From: a virus
IMG/VR virus record: IMGVR_UViG_2582581241_000004
DNA: 47,094 bases
Strand: one strand, 5' to 3'
Under the pieces are notes generated by a model. That model was not told the DNA's origin and made no database searches. It worked only from the letters and a program-made list of their open reading frames with translations. A program made the position numbers and the translations under genes. Positions 36,108 to 44,018 of the stretch are shown one piece after another (positions within the stretch are counted from its first letter, which is position 1; every line of letters starts with the position of its first letter).

Positions 36108-36200
36108 GCCGACTCCTTCGACGACCATTGAATCGAGCGATGAATTCAAAGTGATTTGCCGTCAAGAAGCCTTCAGGCCGGGGAGCGATAGCGGCGGTAA

Positions 36201-36248
36201 AAAAATCGCTTTGAATTTTCACGCGCATAATTCACCTGTCGAATCATG
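36201..36248 (+). promoter_or_regulatory. Repeated promoter-like motif, copy B, abutting the tnpB ATG
   Basis: 41/48 identical to 3010-3057, including ATTCACCTGTCGAATCATG. Confidence 0.7.
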
Positions 36249-37439
36249 ATCAAGCGCGGCTTCCGATACCGGCTCGACCCGACCGACGAACAGGAACTCA
36301 TGTTCCGGAAGTTCGCGGGCGTCTGCCGCGCCGTCTACAATGCCGCGCTCCATCAACGCGAAGTATTCTGGCGGCAGCATCTTCGGACGGAAGGAAGGCA
36401 CGTTTCCTACGTCGGACAGGCTGCGGAACTGACCGCGCTTCGCGCCGAGTTCGACTGGATCAGGGAAGTCTCCCAAGCCTGCGAGCAGCAGGCGCTGCGC
36501 GACCTCGACAATGCGTTCCAGCGGTTCTTCGACGGCGTTTCCGGCTATCCGACCCCGCGCCGGAAGGGCAAGAACGACGGTTTCCGCTTCCAAGGACGCA
36601 ATGTCGAAGTCGAGAAGCTCAATCGCAATTGGAGCCGGGTGAAGCTTCCGAAGATCGGATGGGTGCGCTTCCGCGACACACGACCAATGGTCGGGAAGCT
36701 GAAGAACGTCACCGTCTCTCTCGACTCGCTCGGATGGCACGTCTCCTTCGCCCGCGAGATCGAGCATGAAGCTCCGGCGAATATCGCGCCCGCAGTCGGC
36801 ATCGATAGAGGAGTCGCCAATTCCATCGCCATGTCGACCGGCGAAATGGATTCGATCGGCAAGGAGCGGCTCGCCGTCCTCGACCGGCGTCGCAGGAAGC
36901 ACCAGCGCGATCTGTCCCGGCGCAAGCGCGGATCGCAGCGCTACGGCAAGACCCGCAAGCGGGTCGCCGCCGTCGCCGCCAAGGGGGCTCGCGTCCGCGA
37001 GCATTTCAACCATGTCCGGACGACGCGCATCGTGCGGAACTTCGGCACGGTCTGCATCGAGGATCTGAACATCGCGAACATGACGGCGTCCGCGAAGGGC
37101 ACGGTCGAAGAACCGGGAAAGAACGTCGCGCAAAAGGCGGGACTGAACCGCTCCATCCTCGAGCAGGGTTGGGGTCAATTCGAGGAATTCCTCACCTACA
37201 AGCTCGCCGCTTCCGGCGGCGTGCTGGTGAAGGTCGATCCGCGCAACACTTCGCGGAAATGCTCCAACTGTGGCCATATCGACGCTCGCAATCGCGAAAG
37301 CCAAGCATCGTTCCGATGCGTCGAATGCGGACACGAGGCTCATGCCGACGTGAATGCGGCCATCAACATTCTTCAGGCCGGAACGCGGCCTTCGGAAGAG
37401 GCGAAAGCCCCACGCCGAAAATCTCGGAAGGCCGCCTAG
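36246..37439 (+). CDS. tnpB: TnpB RNA-guided nuclease, catalytic D-E-D intact
   Basis: YRLDP...G.CR.VYN; GIDRG (RuvC-I D), IEDL (II E), TS..CS.CG/C..CG Zn finger, ADVNAAINI (III D). Confidence 0.93.
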   Translation: MIKRGFRYRLDPTDEQELMFRKFAGVCRAVYNAALHQREVFWRQHLRTEGRHVSYVGQAAELTALRAEFDWIREVSQACEQQALRDLDNAFQRFFDGVSGYPTPRRKGKNDGFRFQGRNVEVEKLNRNWSRVKLPKIGWVRFRDTRPMVGKLKNVTVSLDSLGWHVSFAREIEHEAPANIAPAVGIDRGVANSIAMSTGEMDSIGKERLAVLDRRRRKHQRDLSRRKRGSQRYGKTRKRVAAVAAKGARVREHFNHVRTTRIVRNFGTVCIEDLNIANMTASAKGTVEEPGKNVAQKAGLNRSILEQGWGQFEEFLTYKLAASGGVLVKVDPRNTSRKCSNCGHIDARNRESQASFRCVECGHEAHADVNAAINILQAGTRPSEEAKAPRRKSRKAA

Positions 37440-37496
37440 GCCTTTCGCATAAATCTCCGAAAGGGGAAGACGTTATCACAACGATTCCTTGGACAA
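37375..37496 (+). ncRNA. Putative omegaRNA (reRNA) overlapping the tnpB 3' end, plus downstream guide
   Basis: GCGGCCTTC (37385)/GAAGGCCGC (37427) pairing; GGC-GAAA-GCC (37400); TCTCC-GAAA-GGGGA (37454); position typical for TnpB RNAs; limits uncertain. Confidence 0.5.
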
Positions 37497-37715
37497 CCGC
37501 TCCACGATCCGCTCCATCGCGGCCGCCGCGCCAGGATTCAACGACAGCATTCCGCGAACAAGGAACTGCCTTTGAGCCGGATCCGCCTTCGACGTTTCGT
37601 TGATCCTCGAAACGAGATCGCCGGCGAGAACGTCATCGCGCCGATCTCCTCGAAGGCCGCCAGACTGCTCGATCACGGCGGCCCACTCGATGGCTTCCAG
37701 CGCGGACAGGGACAT
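37476..37715 (-). CDS. Hypothetical protein
   Basis: TGATG coupling with the upstream gene. Confidence 0.55.
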   Translation of the reverse strand: MSLSALEAIEWAAVIEQSGGLRGDRRDDVLAGDLVSRINETSKADPAQRQFLVRGMLSLNPGAAAAMERIVERLSKESL

Positions 37716-37963
37716 CAGGACTTTCCTCTGTCCTGCGCCAGCTTCATCTCCTCAAGACGCTGCAACTCCATTTCAAAGACCCGGCGAAGGAGTTCATTTT
37801 CCTGGAGTGTTTTTCCGCCGCCTTCCTTGTCCACAAGCCTGCCACGATCCGCAAGCAGGAAGGCCAGCAGCTTCTCCTGATACTCGATGGCATCCTTGCT
37901 CGGACGACGACCTTTGACCGGAGAACGAGCGGCGGCACGCCGCATCTTTCTTTCGAGAGACAT
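37715..37963 (-). CDS. Hypothetical protein
   Basis: Downstream of promoter-like motif copy D. Confidence 0.55.
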   Translation of the reverse strand: MSLERKMRRAAARSPVKGRRPSKDAIEYQEKLLAFLLADRGRLVDKEGGGKTLQENELLRRVFEMELQRLEEMKLAQDRGKS

Positions 37964-38010
37964 TATTGAATTCCCCGTGCTTGTCGTCGGCAGCGTGTTC
38001 GCCGACCTTC

Positions 38011-38046
38011 AAATCAATGGGTGAATCCAAGCTCGGTAAAAATCAA
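38011..38046 (-). promoter_or_regulatory. Divergent copy D of the promoter-like motif
   Basis: Minus strand TTGATTTTTACCGAGCTTGGATTCACCCATTGATTT; one base longer than copies A-C. Confidence 0.45.
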
Positions 38047-38086
38047 TGGTGCGAAAGATCTTTCTGAAACGCATCGAATCCTAGGA

Positions 38087-38133
38087 TTATTCACTATACG
38101 AAATATCGGGCGTTTATTTCGTATAGCGAATAA
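38087..38133. repeat. AT-rich inverted repeat, 19-bp arms and 9-nt spacer
   Basis: TTATTCACTATACGAAATA-TCGGGCGTT-TATTTCGTATAGCGAATAA (18/19 complementary). Confidence 0.75.
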
Positions 38134-38157
38134 AATCCCGATACGAAGACAAGGCCG

Positions 38158-40662
38158 TCATCGACGGCGCCGCTTCTGCGGCTTTTCATATTGATTCCGC
38201 TTTACGCCCATAGCCGCGTCCATTTCGGCCATTTCCGCAGGAGACGCAGTGCCTCCCCACCACGCCAGAAACTTCAGTGCGCGCGCGTCGCCTTCCGGAT
38301 CTGGACAATTTGCCGTCGGAATCTTCGAAGCCGTTTTTGGAAGACGATCATTCGTGCCGTCCGATGAATTTGAATTTGGATTCTCGATCGCAGGAACGTC
38401 CTTCGAGTCCTGTGCCGTCACATGGACAATCCCAATTTCATCATCACGAATTGCCGTCTCCGAGGATGTTTCGACAGATGTGGCGATGGAAATCGTTGAA
38501 GGCGGAATCGACGGTTCAATTCGTGAAGACGATTGGCCGAATCTTCCAAAACGTGAAGGACGACTCTTGTGAATGACGGAGCAATTCGAAGCGGATTCCT
38601 CGGACGAAGAAATATCGATCGATGCAGGAATTATCCCGTCTCCATTCTCGCCGTCATCCACACCAATGATCGTCTCCGGAACGATGGATGTCGTCGATGA
38701 CGGAATCGACTTTGCAGGGGACGACGACCGGTCAATCCTTCTTCCGAACCGTCGCGGATTCCCTTTCACGTCGATGATCTTTGAGACATTCGCATCGACC
38801 TCGCCGAGAGATTCCCCACCGACGGTCTTCGAAATAGCCACGCTTTCCACGGTCTTTTCACCGTCGTTCTCGACCGAGATTCCAGCCGTGATTGACGTCT
38901 TCACCAATCCGCCCCGCAGACGCGCCAATTGACGTCCCAAATCGGACTTGCGATGTGCGAAATCCGCAGTGTCATTCACGGCCTGAATCTCCAATTCATC
39001 AACGCAGTCGTCTTCCATCCACCACGACGGAATATCCACACCATCCTCATTCGAGTTATCGTCCCAAGCCGGCAGGGACGGAATGACGATGTCGGATGCG
39101 ACGACTCTTTCGATGCTCTGATGTTCGATCTTCGTTTCGTCTTCCATCTTCCCCCTGCGAATTCCTTCTCCATTCCGGGGATCTATAGACCTTCGTTTAT
39201 CGCGAGAGGCGCAATCGTCTTTTGTTTGTTGGGGAGTCGACCTCTCGTTCATGTATTTATAAGCGGTCGGCTTGCTGACTCTGGCCTCGCGAGCGATGGA
39301 TGCAGCCGAGACTTCCTTCCCGGCTTCTCGAAGTCTCGAGATCGCGGCAAGAACGGCGTTGCGGGCGGTCGCCGCTCTGCATTCTGCGGAATATTGGGCT
39401 CCGACAGCCTGACGTTCCGCGACCGTCTTCAATCCCTTGACGCGATCCCGGCACGCTCCCCTGTCGCGCCCGTTCGCGGAGCAGCGATCGGGATCCCATC
39501 GCCCGGCGGCATAGAGCGCCACGCGACGGATCATTTTCATGAGACGCTTTTGCTCGGACTTCTTTTGAAACATATGTCCGATTTCGGCGGTGCATTTCGC
39601 CTCGAGGATGTCCGCCAGCGCTTCCGTGTCGCCGATCGCGTCGAGATATTCCGGATCGCAGGCGTGGTGCATCATTCTCAGGGAGTCGAAGGCGATGCGC
39701 TGCGCCGCACAGAAGGCCGCGTTAGAGTCGTTTTTGTCCAATCCCGAACCCAGCGCCGCAGCGTCCCTGGCGAGATCCCCATACCGACGTCCGGTGTCGA
39801 CGCACTCGGCCCATTCCGTCAGATCGGGAAACGCCGTCCCGTTCCAGATTTCCCTGGTCCAGTGTGAACTGAGCGGGCTCTTGCCCTTTCCTTCATTTGC
39901 GATCGCGCTGATGTCCGCGCCGAGGTGCAGCAGCGCCGCGGTGCATCCGCGCACTACGCCGTCGAACAGCGCCATGATGCGCTTGTTGCAGCGCTCGTCG
40001 TCGGGGTCGTACCAGACCTGCGAGCCGTACGGTAAAAGCCACCAAAGATGCGGACGCCGCAGGGTTCCGTCATGCTCGACATGACCGACCGGTATGTGCG
40101 GCAGACACGGCAGATCGCCTCGATCGACGACCTTCTGAAGCTCGTAGCGCAGGTAGGCCATCGACGGGAAATCCATGTCGAGATCGACCCGCCAGCCGTG
40201 TCTCATCAGCCGCGTCAGTTCGATGACCGGCATGTCGAGAGCCAGCAATTTGCTGTCTGCCAGCGGCAGGAATCCCTTTTCATAGCCGGCATGCAAAGAA
40301 TTCGCGATGCGCTTTTCGATGAGTTCGTTGGTCTCGTCGCCGAAGCGTTCATGCGTCCGACCGTGGTAGACGCGGGGGGTCGCCGCGATGAAACGCCTGA
40401 GGACGTGCTCTTCCTCCGACGCCAGTCCGACCTCATGAAACGGTTCGATGAAATAGGCGCCGACCATCCCGCCCGGCCATACGAAGCCGGTTTCGAGACG
40501 CTGCTTTACGAGATCCATTCTCGACTGATGACGCTCGATCGACGCCTTCGCGAGCTCGGAGACTTCCGCCGTGGTGATCTTGCGCTTTCGACGCCTCAGC
40601 TCGCTTCGAACGCCGCGCATGGCGGCATAGTCGGAGTCGAATTTGTCGATGCTGACGTCCAT
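38158..40662 (-). CDS. ColE2-type (AEP superfamily) replicase with HTH and long low-complexity tail
   Basis: RVDLDMD, PH...GH...PHLWWLL, L.GAD, KSPLS.HW, then SAASIAREARVSKPTAYKY HTH; acidic/Ser-rich C-terminal third. Confidence 0.65.
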   Translation of the reverse strand: MDVSIDKFDSDYAAMRGVRSELRRRKRKITTAEVSELAKASIERHQSRMDLVKQRLETGFVWPGGMVGAYFIEPFHEVGLASEEEHVLRRFIAATPRVYHGRTHERFGDETNELIEKRIANSLHAGYEKGFLPLADSKLLALDMPVIELTRLMRHGWRVDLDMDFPSMAYLRYELQKVVDRGDLPCLPHIPVGHVEHDGTLRRPHLWWLLPYGSQVWYDPDDERCNKRIMALFDGVVRGCTAALLHLGADISAIANEGKGKSPLSSHWTREIWNGTAFPDLTEWAECVDTGRRYGDLARDAAALGSGLDKNDSNAAFCAAQRIAFDSLRMMHHACDPEYLDAIGDTEALADILEAKCTAEIGHMFQKKSEQKRLMKMIRRVALYAAGRWDPDRCSANGRDRGACRDRVKGLKTVAERQAVGAQYSAECRAATARNAVLAAISRLREAGKEVSAASIAREARVSKPTAYKYMNERSTPQQTKDDCASRDKRRSIDPRNGEGIRRGKMEDETKIEHQSIERVVASDIVIPSLPAWDDNSNEDGVDIPSWWMEDDCVDELEIQAVNDTADFAHRKSDLGRQLARLRGGLVKTSITAGISVENDGEKTVESVAISKTVGGESLGEVDANVSKIIDVKGNPRRFGRRIDRSSSPAKSIPSSTTSIVPETIIGVDDGENGDGIIPASIDISSSEESASNCSVIHKSRPSRFGRFGQSSSRIEPSIPPSTISIATSVETSSETAIRDDEIGIVHVTAQDSKDVPAIENPNSNSSDGTNDRLPKTASKIPTANCPDPEGDARALKFLAWWGGTASPAEMAEMDAAMGVKRNQYEKPQKRRRR

Positions 40663-40671
40663 CAGGAACTC

Positions 40672-40714
40672 GAAACAAAACGAGCGCCGAGAGGCCCCAC
40701 TCCTCTCGGCGCTC
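40672..40714 (-). terminator. Terminator-like hairpin in the replicase leader
   Basis: Perfect 13-bp stem GAGCGCCGAGAGG/CCTCTCGGCGCTC followed on the minus strand by GTTTTGTTTC, about 20 nt before the ATG. Confidence 0.6.
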
Positions 40715-41099
40715 TGAACCGTGCGCGACTTGCGCCTGCGCGACGGATTCTAGAATTCCGTTTCGATGCACGTGGGGCATGCACCACCCGAAGATGGCGC
40801 CGCCTCCCGCATGCCGCAATAGGTATTCAATGGAGATATCAATGTGTTAAGCGCAGCGTCGCTTTCGGACACCCGCGTAAAACAGACTCTTTCGCGCCTT
40901 CAGATGCAACTACGCATCGAGAGTCGAAAAATCACTGTCGCGTCGTCATCGACACATGGAGGCTATCCTGGACATGTTTGCGAGGCATCGAAAATGATGA
41001 CGTCGCGAGACGGCTGGAAAACTTTTTGAAAATATTTTTTCGAGGGCCGTCGAAAAATGGGGTCGAAGCGCCTTTTTGGACGAGATCGACCCCGAGGCA

Positions 41100-41446
41100 T
41101 CACGGACACCGCAGGAAATCGTGCTCGGCGCCGCCGTTCACGCGCAGCGATATCCAGTCGCGGTCTCCGTCGTTGTAGCTGCGAGCCGTCACAGTTGCGT
41201 TCGAGAGACTCGCCCCGAACGCCCGGTCGCATATGCCTTTCCATGTCACCGTCTCGCCGGAGCGACTCACCGAATTGAACCGGCATTTCAATTCCGGTGA
41301 AGAGATCTCCATCCGCCCGATGGACATCGCCGCGAATTCGCAGGCTTCCCCGTCGGAACCCCATTTGCCGACGATGGATTTCGCGGCCTCCGTTGGAGTG
41401 GACACGACGGCCAGCGCAGCGACCCCTCATTTAATCGTTTTTTCCA
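41100..41446 (-). pseudogene. Paralogue of 41902-42294 with an in-frame TGA in its leader (or a shorter GTG-started gene)
   Basis: LEKTIK*GVAALAVVSTPTEAAKSIVGKWGSDGEAC...; mature part closely matches the paralogue. Confidence 0.5.
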
Positions 41447-41569
41447 AGGCCGTAATCCTGGTGTCGGTGTATGAAAGGATATCGCACGAAGTGTCTTGAT
41501 TTATGCCGTATTGCGATTCCGCCCGTCTCCCACTAAAATCAACTGACTCCATTATGTCGGTGGCGGGAA

Positions 41570-41899
41570 ATGGGAATCGGTGAAACGATATTCTGGTATG
41601 CGGTCGGCGGAATTGTCGTTCTTGCAATCGCATGCTCGATAATCAACTCCATTTACGAATGGTATCAGCGCGACGTCAATAAAAAGTGTCCTGCATGCGG
41701 GGAATCCGGCGTCTTCGAGCAGGTCTCGGACGTCCTCAAAAACAAGCGCAGAACCAGTAGGAGGATTTTGCGAATGGAGGGGGCGGACAGGTATTACGAA
41801 AACGAATACACTACGACGGAATATTGGGAATCGACATACAGATGCTCAGCATGTGGGCATGAGGCCGTCTATGAGCACACGGATTCGTATCGGTCCTGA
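41570..41899 (+). CDS. Membrane-anchored zinc-ribbon protein
   Basis: N-terminal TM helix; CPACG...CSACGH. Confidence 0.6.
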   Translation: MGIGETIFWYAVGGIVVLAIACSIINSIYEWYQRDVNKKCPACGESGVFEQVSDVLKNKRRTSRRILRMEGADRYYENEYTTTEYWESTYRCSACGHEAVYEHTDSYRS

Positions 41900-41901
41900 A
41901 T

Positions 41902-42294
41902 TCACCGACACCGCACATAATCCCTCTCGACACCTCCATTGATCCGCAAACCAATCCGCTCATAATCGCCGTCGTTGTAGCTCCGAGCCGTCACGGTGGC
42001 GTCAGCGACTCGTGAACCAAAAGCCCGGTCGCACGAACCGCGCCACGTCACCGTCTCACCGGATCGGGAAACCGACGTGAAATGGCATCTCAACTCCGGC
42101 GACGAAATCTCCATCCGTCCGATGTTCGTCGCCGCGAATCCGCAGGCCTCCCCATCAGATCCCCAGCGTCCGACAATCGATTTGGCAGCGAATGCCGGTG
42201 TAGAAGCGATGACCAGCATGCATAGAATTTTCTCCATCGACGCCTTCCGTAATCGTTTTACCATTTTGGACCCCCAAAATAATCGTTTTTCCAT
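41902..42294 (-). CDS. Small secreted Cys-containing protein (start possibly at internal MEKILC)
   Basis: Signal-like MEKILCMLVIASTPAFA; four Cys in the mature part. Confidence 0.6.
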   Translation of the reverse strand: MEKRLFWGSKMVKRLRKASMEKILCMLVIASTPAFAAKSIVGRWGSDGEACGFAATNIGRMEISSPELRCHFTSVSRSGETVTWRGSCDRAFGSRVADATVTARSYNDGDYERIGLRINGGVERDYVRCR

Positions 42295-42343
42295 GGCCGT
42301 AAGCGTTTTTCCATATTTCAGACCGGCATGTAATAGGCTCCAA

Positions 42344-43036
42344 TCAGTCGCTATTCGGCGCCACGATGGCGATGATCGCGAGTTCTTCAGCGCTGCGCGT
42401 CATCCGATTGACCAGAAGTTCATCGAATTCCGGCGCGTCCGATGCGATGCAATCCAGCGCGCGCTGACTGAAATCGACGGGATAGAACCCCTCCGACAGC
42501 CATGCATAAGACGTGTTCGCATCGAGCCCGATCCGTCGCAGTTGAGAGCGATATAGGTCGAGCTGGTCCAGCGTCGGCGTCCGCCACCCGATCCCCGTGC
42601 CCCACCAGTTCCGAGCGATGAATTTTGCGACCTCCGCCGCCGGCTCCCGCATCGTCAGCCGCAATCCGGCGAACGTTTGCTGCCGGCACCACGTCCCGCA
42701 GATCTGGTGTTCGATCAGCGACCATTTGAATCCCGGCGCCAGGACCGGGACGAGATGAGGGAACACCAGAAACGCGGTCGGCGTCATGATGTCGTGCGCG
42801 TTCGGCTGGGCATTCACCCATTCCTTTGCGTCGTTGGCATCGATTTGGGATCGGCGCGAATATTCGAGCAGGACATCGCGCCCGTTGTCTCCGATCCATT
42901 CGCAGACGGGGTGATCGCTCGAATGCGAGAAGACGGATTCGGGGAGCATACGAAGTGGGAGAACGCCGTTCGGCATTCCCTTCTCCGCGCGGAATGGCCC
43001 GAGAATCTGCTCGATGTCGTCGTGCTCGATCGTCAT
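42344..43036 (-). CDS. Hypothetical protein
   Basis: GGAGG RBS; HQ.CG..C, EG.YP, NSD end. Confidence 0.6.
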   Translation of the reverse strand: MTIEHDDIEQILGPFRAEKGMPNGVLPLRMLPESVFSHSSDHPVCEWIGDNGRDVLLEYSRRSQIDANDAKEWVNAQPNAHDIMTPTAFLVFPHLVPVLAPGFKWSLIEHQICGTWCRQQTFAGLRLTMREPAAEVAKFIARNWWGTGIGWRTPTLDQLDLYRSQLRRIGLDANTSYAWLSEGFYPVDFSQRALDCIASDAPEFDELLVNRMTRSAEELAIIAIVAPNSD

Positions 43037-43800
43037 GCGTCTACCTCCACGACAAGCATGCCGAACTCCGTGTTTTCAGGCAGTCCTCGAAATGAGTGAG
43101 GCCCGTAGCCTTTCGGATTGCAGATCACACGCGTCTCGCCAACACGATAGTCGAACGACGAATGCATGTGGCCGTGAATCCAAAGCGCCGGTCGATATTT
43201 CTCGATCAGCCATGTGAGATCGCTAGCGAACGCCGGCGTCAAAGGATCATTCGTGAACTGCGGAGCCACCGAGTCTGGATGCGGCGCATGGTGCGTCACA
43301 ACGACCGTCGGACCGTCGAATCGCTCCTTCAGCCGCGCCTCTAAAAAGCACAGGTCGATGACGTGCAGTTCGTGCGCTAGCGTCGGCGTGAACCCATTGA
43401 TCAAGCGATGATCGTTGAGCCATCTGCCGGCCTCCGCCATCGCCTCGTCGCGCCGTCCGAACAGATCGTAGTTCGTCCAAAGCGTCGCCCCGAGGAATCG
43501 CACGCCGTTGATGACGACGCGACCTCGGTCCAGTAGATGGACATTCGTGCCCTTCGCCGCCTCGGCGCCGGCGAAGACTCGCGCCTGGATCGAGCCGCCG
43601 TAGAACTCGTGGTTGCCAGCGACGTAGACGACCGCCGCCGGGAAGAACTCCATCTTCGCCCACTCCACAGCGGAATTCGGTGGAGAATGGATATCGCCGG
43701 CCAGGACGACGACATCGTGCGGCGGGAGGTTCTCCGGCATGGACCATTGGTATCCGTGCTCGATGTGGAGGTCGGATAGAACAAGGATTTTCACAGACAC
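43033..43800 (-). CDS. Calcineurin-like metallophosphoesterase
   Basis: SDLH, LAGDI, GNHE, THHAP, HGH.H, NP.GY. Confidence 0.9.
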   Translation of the reverse strand: MSVKILVLSDLHIEHGYQWSMPENLPPHDVVVLAGDIHSPPNSAVEWAKMEFFPAAVVYVAGNHEFYGGSIQARVFAGAEAAKGTNVHLLDRGRVVINGVRFLGATLWTNYDLFGRRDEAMAEAGRWLNDHRLINGFTPTLAHELHVIDLCFLEARLKERFDGPTVVVTHHAPHPDSVAPQFTNDPLTPAFASDLTWLIEKYRPALWIHGHMHSSFDYRVGETRVICNPKGYGPHSFRGLPENTEFGMLVVEVDA

Positions 43801-44018
43801 TTTCCCTCCACGATTTCGAGTGCCTGCCGAGCGAGAATTCTCCGCTCGGCGACGGCTTGGGCGGCTCGGTCGGTGCCGGCGAGTGAATACAGATATTCCT
43901 CGCGGTCACCGAGCGGCAGCAGTCGATAGACCCGCTCCATCGCGGCGTCCGACGTGATTGCACCGGCGCGCCAGCTTCTGGCGACGTTGTCGATTGAGTT
44001 TCCGAAGATCCTCTGCAT
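43791..44018 (-). CDS. Hypothetical protein
   Basis: GGAGG RBS; TGATG coupling. Confidence 0.55.
   Translation of the reverse strand: MQRIFGNSIDNVARSWRAGAITSDAAMERVYRLLPLGDREEYLYSLAGTDRAAQAVAERRILARQALEIVEGKCL

Larger units (their letters stand above)
36161..37476 (+). mobile_element. IS200/IS605-superfamily TnpB-only element with degenerate ends; boundaries approximate
   Basis: Left-end-like GTCAAGAAGCCTTCAGGCCGGGGAG; right-end-like GGGGAAGACGTTA; no tnpA. Confidence 0.55.

Noticed and set aside
36246-37439. TnpB as a nuclease-dead TldR partner of the flagellin
   Set aside because: All three RuvC acidic residues are present, the gene is 2.6 kb from the flagellin, and the predicted guide is simply the flanking gene end.
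38087-38133. loxP-like site (TATACGAA / TTCGTATA)
   Set aside because: The arms are in the opposite orientation to loxP and no recombinase is in the window; kept only as an unexplained palindrome.
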